Positions 21,631-32,413 of a stretch of DNA of 64,000 nt are shown in pieces. How positions within the stretch are numbered: the stretch's first letter is position 1; each line of letters opens with the position of its first letter. The position numbers were made by a program, and so were the translations under genes. Source of the DNA: a phage; the sequence record PZ583739.1; one strand, 5' to 3'. The notes beneath the pieces were generated by a model. It searched no databases. It was not told the DNA's origin and saw nothing but the letters and a program-made list of their open reading frames with translations.

Positions 21631-21920
21631 AACAAAAAGTCCAGCGTATTAGTTTTCTGTGTACGAGACATACTAGGACGAAGCAAGTTATCATCATATG
21701 CTTCATTCATAATCTTATCGACGATTCCCGCAGGGATATATCGCGCAAAATTACCTTCAGGAATTCCACGTTCTTCCAACCAGGCAGTCGCAGCTTCCAG
21801 ATAAGACATTTCAGTTGACTCGACCATGGCTTCAATATCAAGCCCGTTTTGCTGCTTACTAATCGCCCCGGAAGGCGATTCAGTTTTCTGTGTATCAAAA
21901 TTAACTAAAGAGGACATCAT
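21627..21920 (-). CDS. 33: late transcription co-activator gp33
   Basis: C-terminal ...MSYLEAATAWLEERGIPEGNFARYIPAGIVDKIMNEAYDDNLLRPS...KTNTLDFLL matches T4 gp33; start 21920 or 21947 uncertain. Confidence 0.7.
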   Translation of the reverse strand: MMSSLVNFDTQKTESPSGAISKQQNGLDIEAMVESTEMSYLEAATAWLEERGIPEGNFARYIPAGIVDKIMNEAYDDNLLRPSMSRTQKTNTLDFLL

Positions 21921-22170
21921 AGAGCTCCACAGCTTCGGTTTTTTCATCTTCAAAACGCTCACGAGTGCCTTTATGATACAGGCCGAGCTGTGTATTGAAC
22001 ATCTTACCGTCAACGCCTAATTCGGTTTTTGCCTTGTCTTTAAGGTCTTTAATTTCGTCTGCATATGCTTCCATTTTTAATTTGGTATCGGAAGCAGCTT
22101 TAATCAGCTTGGCCAGTTCAGCACCATGAGTATCAGGACAAAATTCAACTTTCACTTTTTTCTCTTTCAT
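21901..22170 (-). CDS. dsbA: dsDNA-binding protein DsbA
   Basis: 89 aa, lysine/glutamate-rich, positioned between 33 and rnh as in T4. Confidence 0.7.
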   Translation of the reverse strand: MKEKKVKVEFCPDTHGAELAKLIKAASDTKLKMEAYADEIKDLKDKAKTELGVDGKMFNTQLGLYHKGTRERFEDEKTEAVELYDVLFS

Positions 22171-22178
22171 AATATACC

Positions 22179-23123
22179 TTAATAAAATTCAGCAATGTTT
22201 GCAGTTAGTTTAGACAAACCAGACTTAACAAAGTAAGGATAAACTTTACTTTTGGCTGGGATAACGTAATTATTATATCGTTCTAAGATTGAAGCGGATA
22301 TTTCCGTTGGGATAAAGTCCATATCAATCAACAATTGGTTTTCACAGAATCTATTATATTGCTCTTCTGTTAAAAGCGTTTTCAGCACGTCATGGTCGTA
22401 ATAGTTGAGAGCAATTTGTTCAAGCTCGGCTGCACGGGTTGGTGGAGTACGTTCACCTTCTTCATGAGTATAATAAAAATCACCACGAACCTTGATGCTT
22501 GACACGTTATCTTTTTTGTCACCTTTAACAACCTTTGTCACGCAATCCATAAGGGCATCGCCTGATTTAGTTTTGACATATTTTTTCTGCATCGGGGACC
22601 ATTGTTTCACCCCAGGGAATTTATGCAACTGTGTAAAGTCACCATCCGAAGAAACAATCATAACCGGATGTCCTAGACTAGTGAGCAACTTCGTTAATAC
22701 TGCAATATGGTCATCAGCCTCGACTTTATCCATATTCATCACGATGTAAGGCATGTATTTTTCCATTTCATCGATGATGATGTGCATGGCAGCATGTAGA
22801 CCTTCCCAATCGAATTGAGACTCTTCACGAGCCTTTGCACGGTTTTTCTTATAATAATAAGATTTAGTCCGGCGCCAATAGCCATTCTTCGAGTTATCAA
22901 CACAAATAATTGGAATTGTATAACCAAGCTTTTTGAACTGTACGATATTTTTTCGGATAGAGTTCAGAACCAAGTGTCTGGTCATTGCAGTTGTTACTTT
23001 CGGAAAGCCTGCGTCTTTGCCGAATTCCTGAAAGGCTGCAGCCATGATGAGCTGACTAAAATCGAGTAACTGAAAACCTTCTTTTTGACGGTCTTCTTCA
23101 GGGAGTAAAAAATCTAAATTCAT
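22179..23123 (-). CDS. rnh: RNase H (5'-3' exonuclease / flap endonuclease)
   Basis: 314 aa; ...GYWRRTKSYYYKKNRAKAREESQFDWEG..., ...DHIAVLTKLL..., ...SSDGDFTQLHKFPGVKQWSP... match T4 RNase H as remembered. Confidence 0.9.
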   Translation of the reverse strand: MNLDFLLPEEDRQKEGFQLLDFSQLIMAAAFQEFGKDAGFPKVTTAMTRHLVLNSIRKNIVQFKKLGYTIPIICVDNSKNGYWRRTKSYYYKKNRAKAREESQFDWEGLHAAMHIIIDEMEKYMPYIVMNMDKVEADDHIAVLTKLLTSLGHPVMIVSSDGDFTQLHKFPGVKQWSPMQKKYVKTKSGDALMDCVTKVVKGDKKDNVSSIKVRGDFYYTHEEGERTPPTRAAELEQIALNYYDHDVLKTLLTEEQYNRFCENQLLIDMDFIPTEISASILERYNNYVIPAKSKVYPYFVKSGLSKLTANIAEFY

Positions 23124-23180
23124 ATGAACCTCTGTTCAATTAGTTGACTCGATTATATTAGCATAAAATTTTTAAAGCAA

Positions 23181-23188
23181 TATAAATA
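23181..23188 (+). promoter_or_regulatory. late promoter (TATAAATA) for gene 34
   Basis: exact TATAAATA about 30 nt upstream of the gene 34 ATG. Confidence 0.6.
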
Positions 23189-23218
23189 CACATATACCAA
23201 TCAATAAGGATAAAGCAC

Positions 23219-26200
23219 ATGGCCGATATTTTAAAACCAGCATTCAGAGCAACATCCGGTCTCGATGCTGCTGGTGAGAAAGTCATTAATGTCGCAAAAG
23301 CTGATTACTCAGTTTTATCAGACGGCGTTAACGTAGGTTTCTTTATAGAAGAAAACACAATTCAACAATATGATGCGACGCGCGGATACAAAAAGAACTT
23401 TGCGGTTATTAATGATAACCGTATTTGGGTTGCTCAACGTGATATTCCGGCACCAGCTGGAGCATTTACCCCTCAGTATTGGTTAGCAACTCGTACTGAC
23501 CCTAAATGGGAAACTGTTGCATCTCCAACTCGTCAGCTTAGCTCCGGGGAATTTATCGCAGTCGACTCAGCTGCAAGCTTTACCACATTTACATTGCCTC
23601 CGAACCCGACTGATGGTGATACCATCGTTATTAAAGATATCGGCGGTAATACCGGTTATAATGAAATTAAAGTTCAATCGAGCAATGTGCCTGGTCAAGG
23701 TAACCAAAAGATTGTTCGCTTTGGTAATCAGTATCCGGAAATTTTAATTACCAAACCATTCTCTTATAACATGCTTATCTTTTCAAACCGCTTATGGCAA
23801 TTTTGGGAAGCTGGCAACGAAGAACGTGGCATCAGAATAGAACCATCGACAGGTCGTTTCCATGCACAAGCTGGCGACTTTATTATGCGTCGTTATACAA
23901 CTGGTGCACCGATTACTTTCATTCTTCCTAAGTATGCAAACCAGGGTGATATTGTCAAATCTGTTGATATCGATGGCATGGGACCAACGTTCCACCTGAT
24001 GGTTGAAACCTTTGACACCAGTTCCAGTCTTGGGAAAGCTGGCCAGCATCAAATGGAATTCCGTACCACAGGTGATGGTTTCTTCGTTTATGATGCTGCC
24101 GAAAAACTCTGGCATGTTTGGGACGGTGATTTTAAAACTCGTCTTCGCGTTATTCGCGACAGCGTTAAACTTTTACCAAACGAAAGTGTCATTGTATTTG
24201 GCGAAGATAACTCAACTCCGGCAACGATTAATATCGATTTGCCAACTAATGTTTTGCAAGGCGATATTGTTAAGATTGCGCTGAACTATCTCCGTAAATC
24301 GCAGACTGTTAATATAAGAGCTGCTGTTGGCGATAAGATTGCAACTGACATTAAATTGCTGCAATTCCCTAAACGTTCCGAGTATCCACCAGATACAACT
24401 TGGGTGATGGTTGATTCATTGACCTTTAATGGCAACATCAGTTATACTCCGGTTATTGAATTATCATATGCAGAAGATGCAGTGTCTGGAACAAGTTATT
24501 GGGTTGTCGCTCAGAACGTCCCGACTGTCGAACGAGTTGACTCATTAAATGATTCCACGCGTACACGTCTTGGTGTTATTGCTCTGGCAAACCAGACTCA
24601 GGCAAACGTTGACCATGAAAATAACCCAGAAAAAGAACTCGCAATTACCCCTCAGACTTTAGCCAACCGTGTTGCTAAAGAGAACCAACGAGGCATTGCC
24701 AGAATCGCAACGACTGCTCAAGTAAATCAGAACAGTGATTTTGCATTTGTTGATGATGTAATTATTTCTCCGAAAAAACTCAATGAACGTACGGCAACAG
24801 AAACGAGACGCGGGCTCGCAGAACTCGCCACACAGCAAGAAACCGATGCGGGTGTAGATGATACCACAATTATAACTCCAAAGAAACTGCAAGCTCGCCA
24901 GGGCTCAGAATCGCTATCCGGTATTGTAACTTACGTTTCAACGACTGGTGCAACTCCTGCTGCTTCGCGTGAATTAAATGGTACAAACGTTTATAATAAA
25001 AATACGGTTAATCTGGTTGTTTCTCCGAAAGCTCTTGACCAGTACAAAGCTACTTACACCCAACAAGGTGCGGTTATTCTTGCGGTTGAAAGTGAAGTAA
25101 TTGCTGGTACTTCTCAATCTGGATGGGCAAACGCAGTCGTTACTCCAGAAATGTTGCATCGCAAAACTGCTCTTGATTCCCGTATCGGTTTAATCGAGAT
25201 TGCAACTCAAGTAGAAACAGATGCAGGAACCGATTATACCAGAGCTGTGACTCCTAAAACGTTAAATGACCGTAAAGCATCAGAAACGTTAACCGGCATA
25301 GCCGAGATTGCTACGCAATCAGAATTTGATACTGGAACTGATGATACTCGTATCTCAACTCCATTAAAAATTAAAAATAGATTTAATAATACTGCTCGTA
25401 CTTCTGTTAATGCATTAAGTGGTTTAGTAGAAACAGGGACGCTCTGGGACCATTATAGCCTGAATATTCTTGAAGCAAATGAGACTCAGCGTGGTACGGC
25501 AAGATTAGCAACTCAGGGTGAAGTCAATACCGGCACTGACGATAAAACAATCGTTACCCCGCTTAAATTGATGTCGAAAAAAGCCACTGAAAATGCCGAA
25601 GGTATTGTTCGCATCGCGACAAACGCAGAAGCAACAGCAGGTACATCAAAAGTCTTGGCCATCAGTCCGTCAGCGCTGAAATATATTGCACAAACGGAAA
25701 CAACCTGGGAAGCATCTGAAACCCTACGTGGATTTGTTCGTTTATCTTCTGGTACAGCTACTTCGGCCGCAACTACAACGACTGGTGCAGGATTTACATA
25801 TGCAAATGGCGTGTATACTCCGGACCCAAGTAAACTGGTTAGCTACGCAAAATCTGGATATGCAGTTTCACCTTACGAATTAAACCGCGTATTGCAAAAC
25901 TTCCTACCGATAAATGCGATGGCTGTTAATGCTGAAAAACTGGATAACCTTGATTCGACCCAGTTTATTCGTCGTGATATTGCTCAGACTGTTGAAGGTG
26001 TGTTAACTCTTACCAAACAGACAAATATATCTGCTCCGGTTGTATCGACGAGCACTGCAGTGTTTACTGATGTAACGGCTGGCACTTCGACGTTCGGAAC
26101 TGTGAACGTTGTTAACGGAACTAACAAGTGGAAAATCACCGCTCCTTCCACCGGAACGACAATGACTATTGGCGATACGACTAACGTATTGACATTAAAC

Positions 26201-27175
26201 ACCGCCTCGGGTAATGCTGCTGTACTGAACAACCTTAGCGCCGGAAATGATGTTCAAGCCAAAAATAATTACGTTCTAAATGGTCGTACTATCGCAACCA
26301 CAACGGGTGAAGCTTCTGGTGCAACTCTGGCTCTGGGTGATAACTCGCAGAATTTAGTGCTTAAAACTCTTGATGCTGGTAATATCATAGCAAATGGTGG
26401 CGGTGCATTTAAAGTCCTGACCGAGAAAAACGCTGTTGAGATTGTAGATAGAAACTTTGTTAACCAAGGCGGTGATACAATGTCTGGTGTGCTCCATGTG
26501 AATGCTCCGGTCCGTGTATTCGGTACGAAACCAAGTCTTATCGCACAAGCTCCGACTGCAGATACTGTTGGCTTCTGGTCTGTCGATATCAATGATGAAC
26601 CGACTTATAGTCAGTTCCCTGGTTATTGGACAATGAAGTTAAAACGTCAGGTAAACATTGATACAGTTCAAACTAAACCTGCTGGGGTAACTGATGAAGT
26701 TTGGAATGCTTCTGGTTGGTTAACTGAAAATGGAACTTTCGCCTCGCCTGTTATTCGTTATCGTAATGACGATGGTACACTCGGTGATGAAGTATTAGGT
26801 AGCTCTGGCCAAAAACTGCGCGGAACCTGGTTTGACTATTCGGTTCGTGATAAGGAAGTTAAATACCCTGGTACGTTAACTCAGTTTGGTAATACATTGG
26901 ATTCATGTTATCAGGATTGGGTGTGTTATCCAACTGGATTGAACGGTGGTACTATTCGTTATACTCGTACATGGCAGAAAAATAAATCTGCATGGACGAC
27001 TTTTGCAATGGTTTACACCGCGGATAACCCTCCGTCTGCAGAGGATGTTGGTGCATTACCGGCCGACAACACAACAATGGGGAACTTAACCATTCTCGAT
27101 TGGTTGCGTATCGGTAACGTGCGCATCATCCCAGACCCGACCACTAAATCCGTTAAGTTTGAATGGGTTGAATAA
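23219..27175 (+). CDS. 34: long tail fibre proximal subunit gp34
   Basis: 1318 aa; N-terminus and C-terminal ...GNLTILDWLRIGNVRIIPDPTTKSVKFEWVE match T4 gp34 as remembered. Confidence 0.92.
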   Translation: MADILKPAFRATSGLDAAGEKVINVAKADYSVLSDGVNVGFFIEENTIQQYDATRGYKKNFAVINDNRIWVAQRDIPAPAGAFTPQYWLATRTDPKWETVASPTRQLSSGEFIAVDSAASFTTFTLPPNPTDGDTIVIKDIGGNTGYNEIKVQSSNVPGQGNQKIVRFGNQYPEILITKPFSYNMLIFSNRLWQFWEAGNEERGIRIEPSTGRFHAQAGDFIMRRYTTGAPITFILPKYANQGDIVKSVDIDGMGPTFHLMVETFDTSSSLGKAGQHQMEFRTTGDGFFVYDAAEKLWHVWDGDFKTRLRVIRDSVKLLPNESVIVFGEDNSTPATINIDLPTNVLQGDIVKIALNYLRKSQTVNIRAAVGDKIATDIKLLQFPKRSEYPPDTTWVMVDSLTFNGNISYTPVIELSYAEDAVSGTSYWVVAQNVPTVERVDSLNDSTRTRLGVIALANQTQANVDHENNPEKELAITPQTLANRVAKENQRGIARIATTAQVNQNSDFAFVDDVIISPKKLNERTATETRRGLAELATQQETDAGVDDTTIITPKKLQARQGSESLSGIVTYVSTTGATPAASRELNGTNVYNKNTVNLVVSPKALDQYKATYTQQGAVILAVESEVIAGTSQSGWANAVVTPEMLHRKTALDSRIGLIEIATQVETDAGTDYTRAVTPKTLNDRKASETLTGIAEIATQSEFDTGTDDTRISTPLKIKNRFNNTARTSVNALSGLVETGTLWDHYSLNILEANETQRGTARLATQGEVNTGTDDKTIVTPLKLMSKKATENAEGIVRIATNAEATAGTSKVLAISPSALKYIAQTETTWEASETLRGFVRLSSGTATSAATTTTGAGFTYANGVYTPDPSKLVSYAKSGYAVSPYELNRVLQNFLPINAMAVNAEKLDNLDSTQFIRRDIAQTVEGVLTLTKQTNISAPVVSTSTAVFTDVTAGTSTFGTVNVVNGTNKWKITAPSTGTTMTIGDTTNVLTLNTASGNAAVLNNLSAGNDVQAKNNYVLNGRTIATTTGEASGATLALGDNSQNLVLKTLDAGNIIANGGGAFKVLTEKNAVEIVDRNFVNQGGDTMSGVLHVNAPVRVFGTKPSLIAQAPTADTVGFWSVDINDEPTYSQFPGYWTMKLKRQVNIDTVQTKPAGVTDEVWNASGWLTENGTFASPVIRYRNDDGTLGDEVLGSSGQKLRGTWFDYSVRDKEVKYPGTLTQFGNTLDSCYQDWVCYPTGLNGGTIRYTRTWQKNKSAWTTFAMVYTADNPPSAEDVGALPADNTTMGNLTILDWLRIGNVRIIPDPTTKSVKFEWVE

Positions 27176-27183
27176 GAGGTAAT

Positions 27184-28314
27184 ATGGAAAAATTTATGGC
27201 AGAGTTTGGACAAGGATACGTCCAAACGCCAGTTATATCAGAAAATAATGCCGTTAAATTTAAAATGAGTATAGCAGGGAGCTGTACTCTTTCCACGGTG
27301 AAATCGTATATCAAATTTCAGGATGAACAAATCGGACCAACTACTTTTGGCAATGGTTTGACTCTATTAGAAATTGATACAACTACGAATAAAATTGTTA
27401 ACACGAAAAACTATTCATTGACCAGCACACATGATGTAATCAGTCAGGCATTAATCACCTTTGTGGAATCTGTTCCAGCTGGAAGATTGATTGCTTTTAT
27501 TTCTTCTGGGAAACTAAATGCCTCGCAAACATTAATTGACTGGCTTCGTAAATGTGGCTCAAGAGCATTCCCCGAGAAATGGCTGATTGATAAAGTTGAT
27601 ACATCGTACTCGGCTTTTTACATAACCGGCCGGAACGTAATTGTTTCGGAGCATGTTAAGTATAATGACGGGAAGTTAGTTGAGGATGTTTCGACTCCGC
27701 TTGAAGTCGTTTATGATACCTTTAGTGATATAGGAGCAACAGGCTATCCTGTGCGCATAACGGAAGACGAGAGCACGTATTCATCAACAGGTGATGGAAC
27801 ATCAACCTCAATTAGAAGGTTCCCCACAGAGGACCTGGTGACTCCTATGAGCACATATAACCTTTTACCTTTGGATGTGCTTTACCTGAAGTTTCAGATG
27901 TCATTTGACGCTGAACTGAAAGCCGCCGGGACTGTAAGGACTTCGGTTCGATTCTTTAAAAGTCCTAGCACTTCTCCGATATCAAATACAAACATCGATA
28001 TTGCAGCAAACGTTCCAGCTGGTGCATGGGTAAGTTTCGAAAGATATGTTGAGATTCCAGCGGGAGCCGATGGCTTTACAGTAGTAACATCAAGGACTGT
28101 AGCTGTGGGAACTGGGTCAATACGTAATATTGTTATTGGTGAGATAACCAGAGGTGACTCGGCATTCAAACCAGCTGAATTTGGTGTCAACGGCATAAGG
28201 ATGTCATATGCAAACGATGCAACAAATACAGGCAATACAATTGTAACATTACCAGATGCACAAGCTCCGAGAGCCGGCAAGATATACGCAGCCGAACTAC
28301 GAGAAAAACAATAG
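27184..28314 (+). CDS. 35: long tail fibre hinge protein gp35
   Basis: 376-aa ORF immediately after 34, SD GAGG; position and size as T4 gp35. Confidence 0.8.
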   Translation: MEKFMAEFGQGYVQTPVISENNAVKFKMSIAGSCTLSTVKSYIKFQDEQIGPTTFGNGLTLLEIDTTTNKIVNTKNYSLTSTHDVISQALITFVESVPAGRLIAFISSGKLNASQTLIDWLRKCGSRAFPEKWLIDKVDTSYSAFYITGRNVIVSEHVKYNDGKLVEDVSTPLEVVYDTFSDIGATGYPVRITEDESTYSSTGDGTSTSIRRFPTEDLVTPMSTYNLLPLDVLYLKFQMSFDAELKAAGTVRTSVRFFKSPSTSPISNTNIDIAANVPAGAWVSFERYVEIPAGADGFTVVTSRTVAVGTGSIRNIVIGEITRGDSAFKPAEFGVNGIRMSYANDATNTGNTIVTLPDAQAPRAGKIYAAELREKQ

Positions 28315-28336
28315 GACTCTTCGGAGTCCTTTTTTC
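28314..28336 (+). terminator. rho-independent terminator after gene 35
   Basis: GGACTC-ttcg-GAGTCC followed by TTTTTT. Confidence 0.6.
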
Positions 28337-28338
28337 GT

Positions 28339-28346
28339 TATAAATA
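28339..28346 (+). promoter_or_regulatory. late promoter (TATAAATA) for gene 36
   Basis: exact TATAAATA directly after the terminator, about 35 nt before the gene 36 ATG. Confidence 0.6.
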
Positions 28347-28381
28347 CAAAATATCATATGCCGGTTGAAGAGGACTTATAA

Positions 28382-29029
28382 ATGGCAGATTTAAAACTAG
28401 GCTCAACAGCCGGAGGTTCGGTCCTCTGGCACCAGGGTAATTTCCCATTAACACCAGTCAGTAATGACTTATATTTCAAAACTTATAAAATTTATTCCGA
28501 ATATAACAAGCCACAAGCAGTCGATAACGATTTCGTTTCTAAAGCTCTTGGTGGTAATTATAAAGCAAACGTATATTTTGAACAAGGCCTGACATTTAAT
28601 GATTCAAATGGTTACGGGATTAAGTTGGGGGCGAGAACGGGCGGTGCACCATTTACAGCATCTTTCCGTATTAAAGGGCCGTTTGGATTTGAGACTGAAA
28701 CGGGAACACCATTCGTTATTTTTGACCCTGACACTACGACAGGAGCAAAACGTCTTACTGTTATGGGTGATACGTTAGCTCGACAGATTTATGATGAAAC
28801 AGGACGTGTATTTTCTCCAGGGAATACTCCGTCAAAAGCTCAAGTTGGTCTTAGTAATGTAACTAACCAGCAACAGGTGGAACTAAATAATAGTACATTG
28901 CAAACAATGACAGGTAACTTGTCAGCACCTAATTTCTTCTCTAGGAACCCAGCATCAGACCCGGCTCACGTGCCCCGTTTTGACCAAATCGTTCTTAAAG
29001 ACTCCGTACAAGATTTTGGATATTATTAA
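28382..29029 (+). CDS. 36: long tail fibre distal connector gp36
   Basis: 215-aa ORF between 35 and 37; MADLKLGSTAGGSVLWHQGNFPL... Confidence 0.8.
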   Translation: MADLKLGSTAGGSVLWHQGNFPLTPVSNDLYFKTYKIYSEYNKPQAVDNDFVSKALGGNYKANVYFEQGLTFNDSNGYGIKLGARTGGAPFTASFRIKGPFGFETETGTPFVIFDPDTTTGAKRLTVMGDTLARQIYDETGRVFSPGNTPSKAQVGLSNVTNQQQVELNNSTLQTMTGNLSAPNFFSRNPASDPAHVPRFDQIVLKDSVQDFGYY

Positions 29030-29037
29030 GAGGCATT

Positions 29038-32000
29038 ATGGCTACTTTAAAACAAATACAATTTAAAAGAAGTAAGGTTGCCGGCGTTCGCCCGGCGCCA
29101 ACAGTTCTTGCCGAAGGTGAACTGGCTATCAACTTGAAAGACCGCTTACTTTTTACTAAAGATGACACCGGCGCCATCATTGACCTTGGCTTTGCTAAAG
29201 GCGGTAATATTGATGGTAACGTTATTCATAACGGTAACTACACCCAAACCGGTGCCTATACTATAGCCGGAGCTATTTCACAAACGTCTGGACATTTTAC
29301 TACTACTGGTAATATAATAGCAACCGGTGATGTCACAGCAAAAGCCCGTTTAATGACAGATAATGGTGAAGTTCTTGTACGAGGTACAGGAACCACTCAT
29401 GTTCGATTCCAGGATTTGGCTGATGCTCGAGAAAGAGGTATAATTTATTCTCAAAACCGTACTGGGGATACCAAGCAAATCTTGAACGTTCGTGTTCAGG
29501 ATTACACTAATTCAACATCTAATATTTTTGCATTCAACGGCGATGGTTTATTTTATGCTCCGTCTATTTCCAGCGGAACATCGGTGAAATCTCCAGTAAT
29601 TTATACTAATACCGTTGATACTGGTAATAAATCAGCTCTTGATTATGATATATCTTCATTAGCAAATAATAATCCTGCAAGTTCAAGCGCAACAGCTATT
29701 AACTATCTTAGAATAAGTAGACACGCTGTCGATGGAATTAGGTATCGTGAACTTAATAATGTAAATGGTATTTCATGGCATTCTATTTCTACAGCCGGAA
29801 CAGCTAAGTATCTTTGGTCATTTAATGCAGATGGCGATGTCAAAACATCAAATTCTCTTTCCGTTGGCCTACCTGGGGATAGCTCAGGATACTCAACATT
29901 AGGTCCGTCTGCTATCGCACTTGGTGACAATAACACAGGTTTGAAATGGAAACAAGACGGTCAGTTCCATACAATTAATAATGGAGCTTATACTTTACTT
30001 ACATCTCCAACTGAAGTTACAAGCCTTAAACAGTTAGTTGCGGGTTATTCAACCAACGGTTCTGATTTAATTCTTCCTACAACTCAAAACTATCCATTAG
30101 TTATTGTTAATACTACTAATGATAAAAACGGCTTCGGCGACGGTCAAACTCTTTTAGGTTACCACCAAAGCGGCAAATATCACCATTATTTTCGTGGCAA
30201 AGGTGTAACAAACGTTAACACCGATGGTGGGTTGTTGGTTACTCCTGGCAACGTTGAAGTCCGTGGTGGTTCGGTTAATATTGATGGTCTCAGTAATGCT
30301 TCGACAGTGCTTTTTAAAGGAAATACAACAGGAAGTAGTTCAGTTGATAATATAGAGCTCAAAGTTTGGGGTGACACTTTTAATACAGTAGATGGTTCTC
30401 GTAAAAACGTAGTGGAAATATCCGATGCTACTAGCTGGATGCACTATATTCAACGAACTACAGCAGGTAAAGTCGAATCCTATTTAAATGGTACCATGAA
30501 TGTAATTGAAGGATTGTCTGTCAATCAAGATACATCCTTAAAACGCAATCTGTATGTTTCCAATGAAATTAAAGTTCGCGCGGCGAGTGGTCTTCGTATT
30601 TGGAACGATAAGTACGGTGTTATTTTTCGAAATTCAGAAGACCAGCTGCATATTATCCCAACCAATGTTAATGCCGGCGAAAGTGGCGGATTAGGTCCAT
30701 TACGCCCATTAAGTATTATGTTAGACACGGGTCTGGTTAAAATCCCTAACTTAGAAGCAGACCAGGTTTCTTTTAAGGGTAGCGGCGTATTAGAATTCCC
30801 TAATAGTAGCGGCGCATCTTATGCCAACCAGAACACGACTAAAGCTCCGTTGTATCAAGCACTTGATGCTGCGACTCAAGCATTTTATCCTATTACTAAG
30901 CAGAAAAATATCGATTCGAATGTAACTGTTACGCAAGGTATGGACCGAGCTACGAGCGAATACCGAATTGTTGCCCAAGGTGATTTGCTTGGCGATGGCG
31001 TTACAACCGGATTAAAATACTGGCGCTTTACCAAAGAAGGTAACTTCATGGCCCAGAACCGCTTATATGCCGGTACAGCTTATATGAATACCGATGGTAA
31101 TATTGCAGGTTCTATTTGGAAAAAGTATAGCGGTGCTACTAACCTTGACGCAGCGGTGAATACTCGTGTAGGTAAAGGCGGCGATACAATGACAGGTAAA
31201 TTGGTCATTGATGCTCCAGGCGATCCTTTAGTATTAAAAACAACCGCAGGTAATAGCTCGCATATCCGTTCTGATGTAAATGGTACCGGCAACTGGTATG
31301 TTGGTAAAGGTGGCGATGATAACGGAATAGCTCTTTACAGTTATGCTACCAACTCGGGTATGTACATCACTAATGATGGGGCTTTCAACGTAGAACTTTC
31401 TGGTGCTGGCTTAGCAATGCAGATGAATTATTATCGCATGTATGTTAATGGCCGAGCATGGGTTAATACACAAGGTCATGGTTACGGAAACCAATGGCAA
31501 ACAGAAGCTCCTTATTTCGTCGACTTTGGTGAATCTGTTCCTAAAGATAGCTATATGCCAATTATCAAAGGAAAAAGCACTCTAATTACCGACGGATATT
31601 CTACTAAAGCAGACTTTGGTATTATTCGATTAGGTGGAGCTGCTACTTGGGGTTCTGCTGTTATTCGTGTGGGTTCTGCCGAAAGCGGCGATGCAAGCCA
31701 TCCTAATGCAATATTTGTATTTCAGGCCAATGGTGATTTTGTTGCACCTGCCGGTTTACGAGCCAGAGCTAACCTAGGCGTGGGCACAATCCCGGTATGG
31801 GGCGGCGCATCCATTGCCATTGGGGACGATGACACCGGCTTAGTCCATGGTGGTGACGGTCGAATTAATATGTATGCTAACTCGCAACATATTGCAAGCT
31901 GGGGAGCCGGTTATCAGATTCATGAAGGTCTTTGGGATACCCATGGGGCTTTGTGGACTGAAACAGGAAAAGCTATTATTTCTTATGGGCATTTAGTCCA

Positions 32001-32382
32001 ACAAAGTGATGCCTATTCTACATATGTCCGTGATGTGTATGTCCGTTCTGATATTCGTGTTAAAAAAGACCTTGTTAAATTTGAAAATGCTTCTCGGAAG
32101 CTTTCTAAAATTAACGGCTACACATATATGCAGAAACGTGGAACTGACGAAGAAGGTAATCAGAAATGGGAACCTAATGCTGGTTTAATTGCTCAAGAAG
32201 TTCAAGCTATTTTACCTGAATTGGTTGAAGGCGACCCTGATGGTGAAGCTTTACTTCGTTTGAACTATAACGGTGTAATTGGTTTAAATACAGCTGCAAT
32301 CAATGAGCACACTGCAGAAATAGCAGAATTGAAATCAGAGATTGAAGAACTTAAAGCTTTAGTTAAATCATTGTTAAAATAA
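29038..32382 (+). CDS. 37: long tail fibre distal subunit gp37 with C-terminal chaperone-like module
   Basis: 1114 aa; [43 protein letters not shown]... matches gp37 N-terminus; C-terminal SDIRVKKDL...GYTYMQK... then heptad-like [22 protein letters not shown]. Confidence 0.88.
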   Translation: MATLKQIQFKRSKVAGVRPAPTVLAEGELAINLKDRLLFTKDDTGAIIDLGFAKGGNIDGNVIHNGNYTQTGAYTIAGAISQTSGHFTTTGNIIATGDVTAKARLMTDNGEVLVRGTGTTHVRFQDLADARERGIIYSQNRTGDTKQILNVRVQDYTNSTSNIFAFNGDGLFYAPSISSGTSVKSPVIYTNTVDTGNKSALDYDISSLANNNPASSSATAINYLRISRHAVDGIRYRELNNVNGISWHSISTAGTAKYLWSFNADGDVKTSNSLSVGLPGDSSGYSTLGPSAIALGDNNTGLKWKQDGQFHTINNGAYTLLTSPTEVTSLKQLVAGYSTNGSDLILPTTQNYPLVIVNTTNDKNGFGDGQTLLGYHQSGKYHHYFRGKGVTNVNTDGGLLVTPGNVEVRGGSVNIDGLSNASTVLFKGNTTGSSSVDNIELKVWGDTFNTVDGSRKNVVEISDATSWMHYIQRTTAGKVESYLNGTMNVIEGLSVNQDTSLKRNLYVSNEIKVRAASGLRIWNDKYGVIFRNSEDQLHIIPTNVNAGESGGLGPLRPLSIMLDTGLVKIPNLEADQVSFKGSGVLEFPNSSGASYANQNTTKAPLYQALDAATQAFYPITKQKNIDSNVTVTQGMDRATSEYRIVAQGDLLGDGVTTGLKYWRFTKEGNFMAQNRLYAGTAYMNTDGNIAGSIWKKYSGATNLDAAVNTRVGKGGDTMTGKLVIDAPGDPLVLKTTAGNSSHIRSDVNGTGNWYVGKGGDDNGIALYSYATNSGMYITNDGAFNVELSGAGLAMQMNYYRMYVNGRAWVNTQGHGYGNQWQTEAPYFVDFGESVPKDSYMPIIKGKSTLITDGYSTKADFGIIRLGGAATWGSAVIRVGSAESGDASHPNAIFVFQANGDFVAPAGLRARANLGVGTIPVWGGASIAIGDDDTGLVHGGDGRINMYANSQHIASWGAGYQIHEGLWDTHGALWTETGKAIISYGHLVQQSDAYSTYVRDVYVRSDIRVKKDLVKFENASRKLSKINGYTYMQKRGTDEEGNQKWEPNAGLIAQEVQAILPELVEGDPDGEALLRLNYNGVIGLNTAAINEHTAEIAELKSEIEELKALVKSLLK

Positions 32383-32387
32383 TAAGA

Positions 32388-32401
32388 GGGGCTTCGGCCC
32401 C
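32388..32401 (+). other. intergenic GC hairpin between genes 37 and 38
   Basis: GGGGC-ttcg-GCCCC directly before the gene 38 SD; no strong T-run, so probably not a full terminator. Confidence 0.35.
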
Positions 32402-32413
32402 TTGGAGGTTTAT

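Noticed and set aside
23792-28280. Minus-strand ORFs inside tail fibre genes 34 and 35 (e.g. 23792-24115, 26269-26592, 27894-28280)
   Set aside because: Embedded antisense in long, well-supported late genes; no promoters or SD.
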